From NCBI RefSeq assembly GCF_009914755.1, contig NC_060936.1: 64,000 bases of DNA; one strand, 5' to 3'. The position numbers and the translations under genes were made by a program. The notes below the pieces were generated by a model. That model saw nothing but the letters and a program-made list of their open reading frames with translations. It did not search any database and was not told where the DNA came from. Positions within the stretch are counted from its first letter, which is position 1. Each line of letters opens with the position of its first letter. Of the stretch, positions 26,121 to 40,250 are shown piece by piece. This DNA comes from the human T2T-CHM13v2.0 reference genome, Homo sapiens.

Positions 26121-27702
26121 GCTTTTTTCATCCCAAACCAAACACCAAAAAGTATAACCCATCCTTCAAGTTAAAGTTTCTCAAAATACATGTGATGCCT
26201 GCTAAAGTTCAAGAAAAGTGCAGTTGAAAGTTTTGCCTCTGGGTGACTTTTTACAGGACATCTTAATTGACCCAGAAATGAAACCTGGGATATATGTGCC
26301 TGCCCTTCATTAAGAAATTCACCAAGAAACCTCAGGATGTATGTTTAAACAGAAATATTCCAACTGCCCTACTTGCTTCTGGTGGGTGCCTTAGGGAAGG
26401 TATAGCAATTCCATTCGGAAATTATAACAATATGTATATATTCATTTAAAATCAAAACTTCCTACCACAACTGCCAGACTTTCTAGGCTATGAGCAGAGG
26501 AGAAGCTTTAATTTGGTTATAGGCCGAGGACTCCGCCGCTTCCCTTTGCACATTTGATGAGATGTAAAATGTTAAAGAACTATCTTTCCAAAACGTAAAC
26601 ACTGCCTTCCCTTTACTTAAATGTACGATTTTCTTTTGCTCTTGAGTTTTATTTTCATAGTGGCATCTTACTGGTCTTTCCTTTCCACCATATTTTTGGA
26701 TGTTGTGTGTTCCATTTTACATTGCCCAGTTAAACCACAGACACTCCTGAAGTCATGTTTACATGTGGACTGCAAGTCAACCTAGTTGGCATGTTGATCT
26801 AAGCTACAAATTGCACTGCTGTTTTGCCGAACCCAACAGTCGGTTTCTTGCCATTATTTGCGGTATTTTAACTTAAAACTCACGGTAATCCTTCTCACCC
26901 CATCTAGTTTGTTTTAATTGATCTAACAAACACTGCTTGTTTGAATTCAAATGGAGGATCCATGGAAGCTCTCCCACCCCACCCTTTGATACTTGATAAG
27001 GGGTCAAACAGTACTTCTTTTAAATTCAGATAATTCTTTGAATGAACTATGAAATACTTCAGAGGGAAAGGAAATATCGATTCTGAGATGGAGAGTAAAA
27101 GAACAAGGAGATATTCATTATTGTTGCAGATAATTCCTAGCAATGAAGGAAAAAATTAGACGTTGGATATTTTTGGTTGTGGTGGTTGTATAGTGAGATA
27201 GGTGGACAATAGAAAAATCTTCCTTGTGGATTGAAGTTCTAAATCTAGAACTTATCTTTGAAGCTGTCACTTTACTTGATCAGCTCACTATGGAAGTGAA
27301 TCTAGAATCATACTTTGATTAGAAGCTGGGGATATTGCTACAGAAGAGAAAGCATGGCTTTAATATAGTGATGGCATTAATTATGTGACTTGGGCAAGTC
27401 ATTTTTTAAAAAGTTGTCTTTAAGCCATTCTCGCGGACGTATTTTTTTTGTTCCCTTTTGTCCCTCCTTTTTACTTGTACAAACCACAGGGTGTACACCT
27501 ATTGACATGAGTCCAAAGTAAAGGCTGTTTTCAACGATGGCAGAGTTTTGTTATATAGCCCCAAGGCTAGGCATCTGAAAGACAACTGTATACAGTGTCT
27601 CTACGGAGAGAGTAAGCCGGATTGCTTGGGAAGCTGGTACTGCCCATGCCCCGCCTCCCTTTTGCTCCCCACCCCGAGATGGTCTCATACCTCCATTCCA
27701 AG

Positions 27703-27893
<191 letters not shown>

Positions 27894-29476
27894 TGACCCG
27901 AGAGGGACAGAGGATTGATGGCGTGGGGCGGGGGTGGCAGGCAGTGGGCTCCAGGCCAGAGAGGGGCAAGCTCTGAGGTGGTTTTCACAGGACTTCGCCA
28001 CGCTGCTTTGGAATCTTTCACACCCCCCTACCCCCAAATACCTTTGAAAAATTTGAGGTTCCTGTTCCTTGTTTCTCAGTGTATTCATTTCTTCCCTGAC
28101 TATGACATGTTAAAAAAAAAAGAAACCTGGAAACATGCAGTATATGGCAGAGCCAACTAAATCTCCTAGTAGACAAGATGATTTCTGTGTGTGTGCAAAG
28201 TTTATCTGTATTCTCAAATTCACGCTTACTCAACTTTAATATTTTCTTTGGTCCTAAATTTTGCTCAGTTTGTGAGTCAGACTCACTTCTGCTTTGTTTT
28301 TAAGCTGTGCGCTCGTCCTTTCTTTCCAGGGCCCTCCCTCCCCTCCCTGTCTGTGCTGGCTACTTTTCTTCCCTTCGTTTTCTAGGCCTGCATAGGTCCT
28401 CTGTCTTGCCTCCTCTTTCCTTCACCTCCACTCTCTCTTGCTTCTCTTGTGCTTGCTTTGCCTCAGCAGCTGCAGTCTGTAGTGGTTCCACCTTTCTCTC
28501 CCAAATCATCTCTACCCCTTGGCCTACCACTTCCCCGTCTCAGTCCTCAGCTGCAACTTGGCAGAGGTTTGGGGCCCACACACCTGTGCTGCTGATACTG
28601 GCCTCCAAAGCCGTTGACACCTGCTGTGTCCTTTTTGTCTGCCTTTCTCATACTGCCACCCAGCTCAGGTGATAAAACAGGATTGGGGCAGCTGGAGAGA
28701 CTGAATCACCTGATTCCCACCCTCTTCACAGTGTCCAAGAAAATGCCAGCTTCTCTGCCTTGAATGTTATCCTGAGGGCACAAGACTAGCTTATAGAGGA
28801 CACTTGAGGTCACCTTGGCCCTTCCAGTGACTTAAATGGTGGCACAGTCTTGCTCACCATCTCTCTCCAGCAGGGTGATGCTCTCCAGTTCTTCTCCTCC
28901 TGTTCCACCCTCCTCAGAAGGTTGCTTTCTGAATGCAGAGAACAGGAGACAGAGGATGCAGGTTCTTCCTTTCTCTCTCTGGTAATTCAGGGAATCAGAT
29001 GACTGTGATATGGGGGCTCCTGGGGGAACACTGCCGCCGGCTTATGCCTTCTGCCCCAGAGGGCAGACGGTTGCTGGGATGTTTGTGAGGAGTTGGAGGC
29101 ATGAGAATCCTTTCCCTCCTGCAGCTTGCTGCGTCCATCAGTATTTACGAAGTTGCTGCCTACTATGGTCAAGACATTTCTGCTTCATTTGGGCAGGGAA
29201 GTAAAGGACACAGCCCTACTCTACCATCTTTTCCTCTACTTTTAAGGAGGTTCGAACTGTAAAGGTGCCAGGGTCATGGCTGGGAACATCAGTGTTCTTA
29301 GGAAACTGGAATGTTGTGGCACCATGGGAGCAGACACAACTGGAAAAGAAACAGCAGCCAAGTGATAGGAAATTTTCCTCCAGAAGTCATCCTGTGACCG
29401 ATATATTCACTTCAGAAATATTCGCCTCAGGATGGAACATACTCATGCCACACAGGCAGAACACTTCTGCTACCTA

Positions 29477-29610
29477 ATTCATTCATTTATTCATCTCACA
29501 AATAGTTATTGATTGCCTCTGCTGTGCCCGGCACTCTTCTGTGTCCTGGGGGTGCAGAAATGAACAAAGCAGAAAAAACTCCCCTGCTCTTGTGGAACTT
29601 AAATTCTAGC
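29477..29610 (-). mobile_element. L2 3' end
   Basis: attcattcatttattcat...ttattgattgcct.tgctgtgcccggcact...atgaacaaagcaga...cctgctcttgtggaactta.attctag. Confidence 0.8.
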
Positions 29611-30106
29611 ACAGAGAAAAAAAAAGTATCAAACACTCATCACAAACAGGCTGAGATTTCTTTCATAACGTTTTATTCCTATATATTGCAACATCCCCCA
29701 AGGAGGCCCTCGCTCCTGGTTCACTTCTGGATGCCTTGACATATGGAAGCTCCTTAACTATCTTCCACGAGATGTTATCCTGACAAAACAAATAAGAAAG
29801 CAAACAAACACACTGAACTGGAGGTCAGGAGATCTTAACTTTTAGCTAGTTCTGCTGTTCGACTGTGGGTAATTTAACTCAGTTCTCCTAGCATACAATA
29901 CTGTGTGTGGACAAGAAAATGTTTAACAGCCTTCCTAACTTTAAAGTACTATGATTCTCATCTGAGGCATCATTCTCCTTGCTTTGAATTGTTTCTTCCA
30001 TACTAACACTTGAATTTTTTCTTGAGTAGACAGTTTCCTTATTGAGCCGTGTCTGTGCTGCTTACCAGCATTTTGGTAGTGCCTTCTGTGTGCCTAGCAC
30101 ACAACC

Positions 30107-30358
30107 ATAATAGCTAATATTTATTACGGGATTACCCTGTAGCAGGCACTGTGTGAAGTCCTTTACAGGAATTCTTTTAATTCATTCTCACAATACCTGT
30201 CAGGTAGGTCTTCTTTCTATCTCCGTGTCACACATAAGGGCTTAGACAATTTAAGTAATTTTTCAAGGTCGATCACAGAACCAGTAAGAGATAGAGTCAA
30301 GGCTCAAACTCAGTTCTGGCTGACTCCAGAGCCTAGGATCTTATATCCACTATACCAC
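30107..30358 (-). mobile_element. MIR nested in an L2 3' end; the L2 ends in (TGGA)5 at ~30388-30409
   Basis: ataatagctaatatttatt...caggcactgtg...ttctcacaatacctgtcaggtagg...ggctgactccagagcc. Confidence 0.8.
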
Positions 30359-33300
30359 CAAAAAGTGTGTGTTTAGTAAATATTTATTGGATGGATGGAT
30401 GGATGGATGAATTCAGGGTTGACACTTAGCCAGTGTTCACTGGTGTGGCCGTAGCATTGGTTTATGGCTGGAATCTATTCTAATTGCTGTTCTGTCTGTT
30501 CTATCTGTTGTTGAATGGCTTGCATATCACCCTTCGAAGGATGGATGGGTCCCCACGTAGACAGCTATAAAATATAGAACTGCAGCACATTCCCGGAAAC
30601 CTTTCCATTTCATCAGTAGTTAGACTATGGATTCAGATTATGGTAATGATTTTGCCTGAATGCCTACTCTATGGCAGTCTAACTTTATATACCTCTCCTT
30701 GGTAATCTGCATGAGACCTATTGTGACACCATTGGTTCTGACATCTGTATTGAATCCTCTGGAAGTGGAGGTTCCCAGGCTCTTGCTGTTTGCCCTCAGC
30801 TGGGACTTTCCAAATGAGGCTGAGCTTCTGTCCTCCCGCTCCCGTTTCAGGGTTCTGCTGCTTGTCATCCTGTTTGAGAGGAGCATATAGCCCCTACAAT
30901 GACTGAAGCTGTGCCACACACTTAAAGATGCATCCCAGCTGAGTTTCCAAACCTAAAAGAAAATAAATATTCTAACCAGGGAATTGGGTTATTGCTGTTT
31001 TAATCTGGGATTCCAGACAATTCCCAGTGGAATGCTCATGGAAAGTACGGGGAAGAATCTCAAAGCCAAGACAACAGCGGGACATTTATGGTATTGCTAA
31101 GTCCAAGGCACTTGTAGCTGCTTATTTTAAAGAGATACTCATCAGATTGGTATGCCTCAAAGTGGGTTCTTTTCACCATTTTCCATTGATTACCAGATAA
31201 ATCCTCTCCCTTAATTCTTCCTTTCTCTTCTTTCATTCTTAAATCAACTTATATTCTTGTGGATGGGGGTAAAGAGGAGCAGAGATCATATTATTTAAGG
31301 TTCTCATACAGAGAGTTTCTCACCATTTTATTCTGCAAACACAGAGCTATACCCAAACTGAAGACACAGCATGACAAATTAGCAAGTTATTGAGAAGTAG
31401 AGAGTGATGCCTTTTCCTTTTATTTGCCAGTGATAAAAGCAAAGTGATAAATGGAGTAAAGTGTTAAGTGCTGATTAGAGAGGACTTGAAAAGGACTGGC
31501 AAAGAAGCCTGGGCAGAGTGCAAGAGGAGAGCCCAGGGAAGAAAGGCCAGACCGTGCCATCCTGCTCTGACTCACTGCCCAGATTACCAGGACAGTGCCC
31601 TTCAACAGTCCTACAGCAGAACCCCTCTGCTTACCGGGAGAGCAAACACAAGTATGTTTGTTGAGAGGATAGAAAGGGCATCATTTTTTCTTCTTCTTCC
31701 TCTTCTTCCATAAAGGGTACTGAATTTTTTTTGAAGCTTGAGGGTAGAAGAGCCGAAGTACAATTACAGTAGACAGGTGGGAAAAAAAAAGTTGCATTCT
31801 TTAAAGGAACATAAGCTTTTCATTGTAGCTTGAAAACACTTGAAAGACCAAGGACCCCCAAGGGTGCCCAGGCAAGGTCACTCTTGACTCTACGCAGAGA
31901 AGGGCTGTTGCTGGGAGCAAAGGATACCTTTGCCCAGTTCTCACCAGGGGACTTGTAGTCTCGCAAGGGAGGGATGTTTTCTGATTTGTCTACCCAAAGG
32001 CCGCCCTTTTTCTAAACTCATGGGGGAGTGGCTGCTGAAGGGGGCAGTTACAGCACCTCACGAGGTGCTGCCAGCCTGCTCATTGGCAGAGGCTTACCTT
32101 ATGAAACACTGGGCCTCAGACAGTGATGCTCAGGCCCCGCCTTAGGATAACAATATAAGTATAGTTCAGATTGATGGGGCAGAATTTAAATAATTAAATG
32201 TCGTTATTTTAAATTTCTTTTAAACATGATCATTTCACATTTAGTTGACATTGCGCCATTTGCCCGCAGACTGTGCATTTTGCAGTGTCCATTTGGCCTT
32301 CTAAAATCCCTGTGAATTATATTTAAAAATCGGAACGTAGGACTCATTCATCATATTTAATAGGGTTAGGGTTTATGATGTTGCGGGTTAATAAATAGCC
32401 ATAATAGCCGCTCGGCGTTTTCTGGAGTCAGAACACCAGAAATAGTCCCTTGGCTCTCTTTCCTTTCCTTGTGAATCTTTCAAAATTCTTACATTACTAC
32501 TCCTGCTTGTGTGTGTTTAATAATTTAATTTAATGCCTTCCTTTGGAAACATTACCTCGCTGCTCACCCACTCGGCTGTTTTGCCTTCTCAGCAGAGTAA
32601 CTGAGTTTAAGACAGCCACGTGACAGGCACAGCTATATTAGAACCAGCATAGTGAGAAGGGATGCAGTGCCTCTCTTTTCTAATTGGGTAGAGCAACAAT
32701 TTTATATGCTTTCACATTATGTTTGTTCCCAAAAAAAAAAGAGGCAAAATTGGGAGCTGAATGTGATCATCATTATTATTTTATATTTTTATACATAACA
32801 AGATGCGCTCATACTTATTGTCTCACTTAATTGTACAGCAGTCCTTGAAGCAGGTGCTATTGATTCTGTTTGATGAGCTGACCGTGTCTCCGATAGGTCA
32901 ACTGGATTGTCCAGGTTCACACAGCATGTGAAAGGCCGAATGTGATTTCTACTTCTTGAAACCACCTTTCAGCCTTTTTAGGAGAAAACATAATGACATA
33001 AAGAGTTTCATGGACTTGAAAGTAGAGGCACTGCTGACCGCTGAAGTCTGGGCAGCCACAGGTGCAGGGACTGGGACCGGTGTGGTTCTAGTGATGCCAC
33101 CTGATCATGAAGTTGTGCTGAATCCTCAGCAGACTGGCTTCTCCCTCGTAGTAGGATGAGGGAGAGGAATCAGGATAACAGCCTGTCCCTGTGGATGGTT
33201 TATTCTGGTTTTGTTCACCAGTCCTGCTGCCTCCCCGTTTGTTCTCTTGCGAGCTCAGGTTAGAGTTGAATTTCTCCCTACAACCAGAATGCCAGGGCTG

Positions 33301-33439
33301 GTCCTGTAGGCCCTGATGGGCCAGCTCTGAGAGTGGGCTCAATCCAGTACCCAATTCCCTAGCATTTTGCTAGGGGTGCCCTTCTAGGAGCAGGGTCTCA
33401 CTGCTTTTGGAAGTCTCCAAATAAAAAACCATGGTAATA

Positions 33440-33612
33440 GAAAGGGCTTGGGTCTGGATAGACGTGAATGGACTTGAATTTCAGGGTTGGCTCTATTAGA
33501 GAGATGATTTAACCTCTCTAAGACTCAAGTTTCTAACGACACCTACTAATGAGGGCTTCTTAGAAGTATCAGAGCTCATTTATATATAGCACCTGGCATA
33601 GTGCCTGGCCTG
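33440..33612 (+). mobile_element. MIR
   Basis: gatttaacctctctaagactcaagtttct...tatatagcacctggcatagtgcctggc. Confidence 0.65.
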
Positions 33613-36177
33613 CAGTGGCCAGGTAGCTCACCAAAGCTCCATTTCTGTTTCCGGTTATGGTGAATAGCCTGTTGAGGAGGTGGCTTCCCCATGCAGGAGC
33701 CAAGGGAAGCAGACATGTCGTTGTCTGTGTGTTTCATTAAAGAAAGGACCTAGGGTTCTGTCTGTGTATTATTGAGACTAATCTTCCTAAGTCACAATGG
33801 AAATAAGCTTTGCTTTCAAACGATCCCCTGTGATTTCCAGGGGCTCAGTTTTGCTCTAGGGCACTCCATCCCAGGACCTTTTCCTACCCACATGTCTCTC
33901 CCTCAGTCTGGAACTTTCTTCCCGTTCTCGCCTGAATCTGTGAATCTCCTTCAGCCTTCCCCACTCTTCTAATACCTATCAAGTCCTCCCCTGTCCTTTG
34001 CTATCACATCAGTGTTCCAAAAATGGCCTCTCCTCACAGCTGCCTGTGACGTGCAGTGATATCACCAGCAGAGTTGAGACAAGGACAAGGAGAAGAGATT
34101 TAATTCTCTGTCAGTGTCTTACAAAGCAGTAATGACTTCTAACAAAGCCGACCAGCCACTAGCATTTTCTACTTTGTTCCCCCTTAAGCCTTCTTTTGGG
34201 TGCCTTCACTTTTTACATCCAAATGCTTGAAGCTTTCTACTTTCCCCGCGGCACATGTGGCTGTACGAGGGCCCTGGTTAGCTGCTTCAAACAGCTTGAA
34301 GAGCAAAAACAGCCCACAGCAGAACAGCCAGGATGCTTTGGAAGGGAAATTTCCTTTTTGGGTTTGCTGTCTGAAAGAATTTCCGATGCAGGCAGACGTT
34401 AATTCCTAGCTCCATGCTTCCTGATAAGGAAGCAGCTTCAATAAATGCAGCTATTTATAGATGTCTTTTTTTTTTTTAAGAAAAAAAATATATAACCAGA
34501 GGTTTACTGACCTTTTCTTTCACTTCACATTTCATGCAGTGAGCTCTGTGTACATTTAAGGCAGTTCCTCCAGCGTCAGCTCTGACAAAGTGGCCCTGGT
34601 TTCGCTGTGGGGGATGGGGAGGGGAGGATGAAGATGGCACGGCCCCTCATTAGTGTCACGGGCTCTCCCTTTCCTCAGAGTTCTGAAGTAGACATTTGGA
34701 AACTGTTGACAATGGGTTGTCCCTACCTGGTGCTCTGCGTTATTTATGTGAGCCCAGAGGTGCCCAGCTTTATTCTAGACTCAACACTGAAAGGTTATAG
34801 CAGACTAAGAGAACCCTTTAAAAAATAAAAGACGATGAGAACCAGTCCATTTTATGAAACTTGAACAGCAACAGGAAATCAGAAACTTTATTTCCATTTC
34901 TTCTTTTCTTCTGTCCGTTGCTTCCTCTTGGATTTTCCCAACCCTCAATACGTCTGTGGTCTTTCTCTCGTCTTGATGGGTTTCCGCAGATTGAGGAGTT
35001 CCTGTCCATGAGCTCCACAGTCACCCTTACATGTATCTACCTAATGCTTTCTGGCAGGTGTGATAAAGGTTCAGTGTGTTGGCTTGAACTGTGCTTCTCT
35101 AAGTTACTTCTCACCTCCTCTGATTATCAGAAAGCATTGGTTGAGCTGAGTATATACAAATACAGCAGTTTCCATGCTCAAATAACTGATATTTTCTCCC
35201 ATTTTGCTTCATGTGTGAGTTACACCACATTAGTAATTCAAACTTTTGGGGTTTCTGGCAGGATGACTTTGACAACTTCATCAGAGGTAAACGTTAGCAG
35301 CGACGTTTAGATGTTGCTGCTTTTGCTGTTGCCATGGGTGGATTCTGATTCTCAGTTGCCTGTACCATGTGTGAGTGTTTTGTGGTTCATTTTTCTGATC
35401 TCTTCTGAAGGAGGGGTAGAGCAGGACTTGAGAGATTTAAACTGGCCCTGGCTCTGGCCACATGCTGACTGTAAATTCCCAAGTATAATTAGTCACACTG
35501 CCCCAATATTTACTGCCTCCATCTTGGGTGTGTGGACAAAACCCCATTCTTTCAACATTGGTCTCCATTTCTGCTTCCAGCAGATCATGGATACCAGTAG
35601 CTCTCAAATGGGGCTGTAAGATTCCAGTAATAGAAATGCAGATGATGGGTACGGATAATGGATAAAGAACTGTAGATGTGGGGTGGATGACGATTGGATA
35701 CCTAGAAGGGAAAGTTGACTGCACAGGGCTACGCAGTGAATACCCTATTTTACCAGGTCAGCTGAGGCTAAATTCTCTACTTCTGGGGTGGGGGTACTAA
35801 CTGAAATGGTTCACTGAGGAGGGTGAAGGTTTGTAAGGGAAGATGTAACAATACTTTTTTAAAAGCACCTAGGACAAGTTTTAGGGTGTTGAATAGCACC
35901 ATTTAAAAATTATAGGGGTATCCAGCAATTTATGGAGCTCTGATTGAGAAGTATCATTGTTAGGATTTTATTACCCATTTGTTTTCCAGAAGTAGCTCAT
36001 CTTTGCAAATGAGCTTTTAGTTTTTTGGTCATTGTACCCTACCTGCCAGCTCACAGGAGCCTGTGTTTCTCCTTAGGAGCCACTCTGAGGTCAACCGTGT
36101 TTAAGATCATAAAGCCACTCTAGAGAATCTCTGTGGCATTGTTGTGTGGAAGAAGAAATAATGATCACTACTATTAT

Positions 36178-36178
<1 letters not shown>

Positions 36179-36220
<42 letters not shown>

Positions 36221-36263
36221 AAGTATATGTGTGTGTGTGTATATATGTGTGTATATGTATATG
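36179..36263. repeat. Compound (TA)n/(TG)n microsatellite
   Basis: Alternating purine-pyrimidine tract including a (TG)~11 run. Confidence 0.9.
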
Positions 36264-39200
36264 CTTCATATATATTATCCTGAATAATAACTAACTCTGC
36301 ACAGTAGATATTATACCTGAGGCTCAGGTAAACCACTTGCCCGAGGTCACCCAGAGAAAGTGGAGGAGCCCCAATTTGAATCCGTATCTAATTCCAAAAC
36401 CCAGACTTTTATTTTCCACTTCACCCTATTACTCTTTAAAAGTCTGAGGAGCAAATGAAAGTTGTTTCATTCTATCTATTGGTTAGAAGGAGAATATCCA
36501 AGCTAACAGGCTGATTTTTTTTTCCAATTTTTAAGCATAATATAAATTACTGACAAGAGGGCCCAGATGGATAAAATCAGAGCTATAAACCAAATTATCT
36601 TTTGAACTTGAAGGAAGATAAATTTCCATATCCAATCCTGTATGCACACTGTTATCTGCCAGATAGTCTCAGGTATGTGTGTAAATTCTGGAGTGTTAGA
36701 AACAAAACTAAATGAAGTAAAAAGAGGTTCCTTGTCTATTATTTTCCATCTTTTTTAAAGAGATGATCTACCTCACAGATGGTTATTAAACAGTAAGAAA
36801 GATGCTGTGATTGAATGAAGATTGTGTTACTGAGTTTACACCTTAAAACACTGAACTTCCTGATAATTTGTGTTAAGCCAACACGCTTCAGAAAAATTGC
36901 CTGACGTTTGGTGCCTTAGTTTACCCACATGGCATGTGTGCCAGAACACGCTACAACAGGGTAAGAGGGCAGAGAACATGCTCTTGTAGGGGTCAGTTCC
37001 TTGAGCTCTGGTTCTACGTGGCTGATTACTTGGGTCATCCCAGCAGTTCATTCCATCTCTCAGGACTGTGGTTTCCACATCTGCAAAGTGAAATGGCCTG
37101 AGTATATGAATCCTAAGTTCTCCCCAACTCAATCGTCGCATTGTTCTCTTATTCCAGAAGAGAAACACAAGGGGTATCAGCAGTGGAACATTATCTGTAA
37201 ATGCCAGATTTCATGATCATTCACTTGATTTTTAGGACTCAACATCAAATTTTAGTGCAGATGGTGGTACTTTCATGACACAGGAAATTGTCCTTCGTTT
37301 TACCTGTGATTGTTTTGGGAGGAAGCCCTCCTGCAAGGAAATAGGGAAATCCAACACCCAGCTCTGTTGAGCATTTCCCTATGGTTCCTGTGATTGAAAT
37401 CGGGTTAATGCTTTTGTGGGATGAGAACTGGTGCCAGCTCCTAGGCCTTGCAGGGCTTCTAAAGACTGTCCCTGCCACTCTTGCCTTATGCTGGTTCCCA
37501 GGACCTTACAGCCAGATCACAGGCCTGCTCCCCTGTTCTCATAGCCCCCTTTCTGGCCTGAGAATTGTCTGTGGCTTGGCCCTTTGCCCCATGCAACATG
37601 CACAGGTGTGGCTTCTGCTAACTATCTACTTGACCCCAACTGTGTGATTAGCGGGAATCCCCTCTGCAACTCAAGGCGTGTTTGCCTTTCCTGTAACCTG
37701 TAAAAAATTTCAGTCTGCGTTTTTCTCCCTCTGGAGATGGTATCCACTGGGTTTTAGGCTTTACAGAGCCAGCTGATCTGCGTGGATGGGCCACACTATC
37801 CTCCCTTAGCCGGCTCCGTAGCACATGCACAATTAATACTGCATTAATTAATTATGGGAGAAAAAAAGCACAGTTGGCAAGGGAATGAAGGCTTTCAGCT
37901 TCTAAAGTGAAGGCTTTGATGCTGAGCTTGAAAGTACATTTCCATCCGCCTCAGCCAGCAGAGAGAATCTGTGACACTTATACCATCCCCTGGGCATGAA
38001 AACTCACACCCAAGGAAAGTATTTCTAAATAGAGGCCCTCAACTAGTTGCTGGAATCATCTACTCATTGCCATGGGCTGTGAAAAGGGGGTGTAAGATTA
38101 GGGAGAAAAGACTCGCCCAAAGCAGCAGTGATTCGTGACCAAAGCTGATGAGGGGTTTTATTTTTTCTCCTTAAGTAGCTCTTAAGTCACCAACATCAGG
38201 AACTCTTTGTAGAGAAACAAATATGAGTAAGTGATTTGGTGCCAGCCCTCTTGAGGACATAAAATGACTCTTTCTCCTTCCTCCTCCTCCTCGCATGCCT
38301 TGCTTCAGGAAGGAACCCTAAGGTGGTGCAGGTTCCCAAACCTGTTATTCGGATGGGTTGGAAGGTTCATCTCTGTTAGGCATGGTTTCCCACTAGATAT
38401 GAACAAAGTCGGGGAGAAAATGCTTTCCTTTTTCATTCTGATTCCTTCACGCCATTGTTCTTGAACTCCTCAGCTCCCACACTGACTCCTTTCACTTCTC
38501 CTATGAGGTGGTAGTGAAGCCACCTCACAAAGTCCCCTCTCTGAACAGACGCAGTTCTCGTTCCCCTATTTACAACTCTGTCAAGCATTTTTCGTGGGGG
38601 CTCTTGCTGACCTTAAAATTTGGCCGTGATTCAAATATTCATCCAGGTATCTGGGGTTTTATTAAAGGTCTTTTAGGAACACAAAAGCAGGAATTCCCTG
38701 AGAGAGGTTTTCTTCACTTGAGACTCATGGGTTATAAATGAAACTACTGGAATGCCCTGACCAAGTGCTGAGAGGAGCTTCAGAGACCCACAAAAACCTA
38801 AAAAGATGTGAAATTTGTCTCTGATCAAATAGATTTTGGACCTTATGAAAGAAAATAAGCTTTTCTTTTGATTCTTAGAGAAAAATTTTTGCTTCAGATG
38901 AATCCAAGTGTGTGTGCACGCACGTGCTTTCGTTGGGATCGTCTTATAGCTGTTATTCCAGATACCTGCTTCACAAAGCTTCTGTGATTATTCCTACTAC
39001 TGTGACGATTCCTGCCACCCCAGTGATCGGGGAAAAGAACTTGAAATACAACTGGGTATTGTAGCATTGGCACTGTGCAGACGCTGTGTAGCTCTCTCAT
39101 GTCTGGTACTTCTTTGTTTGCTAAAGGAGTATTGAGATTCAGAAAGTGGCTGCCTTCTAAACCTTTATTGTTCAGATAGCATTACTTTGGACCCAGGACA

Positions 39201-40075
39201 GAGGGCTTATAGTTGACTGTGAACGGGGTGAATGTTATACTTAAGCAGGGAATGTGGTCACCCAGTTGCAGTGATTTAGAGTGCTTTGAACATAAATATC
39301 TCCCACGATGAATGACCAGGGTGCCTGAAATTCCATTGTTGAGACATTCCTTTTGGATCAGGCATTATTTCCACATAGCTCCACTTTTAAAAGTAAATCA
39401 TTATGGCAGCAGATAGTTATGGAGAGAGATAATTAATACCTCAAGTCCCTAATATCTTAATGAAAATTAGCTTATCAGATCTCCTGAATTTTTTGAAGTG
39501 GAAGGACCGTGGCCAGCACGGAGTGGGTAGAGTTGGAAATAAGCACTATAATTTGCTTAGGGCTGGCCTTCTCTGTGGATAAGACAGATGGAAAACTAGA
39601 TGGAAAATCCAGGCCTCCTGATTTAGACAAAACATTGTGAGCCTGGAGCTCTGAGGCCAGGATGAGCAGTCTGCTACTTACTGTGCGTGGCCATTGCTCT
39701 CAAGACATTGCCATCATCAGTCTTGGCCAAAGAAGGTCAGGTCTCCTCTAGTACACTGGCGATTTGAGAATGTGCAAGTCATCTGCATTTCTTTGACAGG
39801 AGTAGTGAATTTGGGAGTATAAATCTGAATCCTTAAGCCTTTCAACCATTCTCACTAAATGTCTTTACTTCAGGGATGATCACGTTTGATCGTAATGCCA
39901 AGATCTTGCAGATGTATAAAGGGCATGGTAATCCAAGTCTTGAGTTGAAGTAAGTGGTCAGGAAAATCTTGACCCTTGGGGAAGGAGCTACCAGAGCTGG
40001 GTGGCCTATGTGTGTGTGACAGGGAGGAGGTGTGCAGAATTTGGGGGAAAGATCCTTTGTAGTTCTCCATGTGGA

Positions 40076-40250
40076 ATAATAACTTCCATTTATTGAGTGC
40101 TTATGGTAGGCGCTTTTCACATGTATTGTATCATTTAACCCTCTAGGCAGTCCTGTGAACTGGGTTTTATTATCCTCATCTTACTGATGAAGAGTCAAAC
40201 TTAAAGAGGAAAAGGAACTTGACCAGAGTCACAGAGGTGGTAGGTGGGAG
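40076..40250 (-). mobile_element. MIR
   Basis: catttattgagtgcttat...tcatttaaccctc...ttattatcctcatcttactgatgaag...acttgaccagagtcacag. Confidence 0.85.

Noticed and set aside
34861-35619. Adjacent 149-aa and 102-aa ORFs, the second with a Leu-rich start resembling a signal peptide
   Set aside because: No homology, promoter or splice support; compatible with chance.
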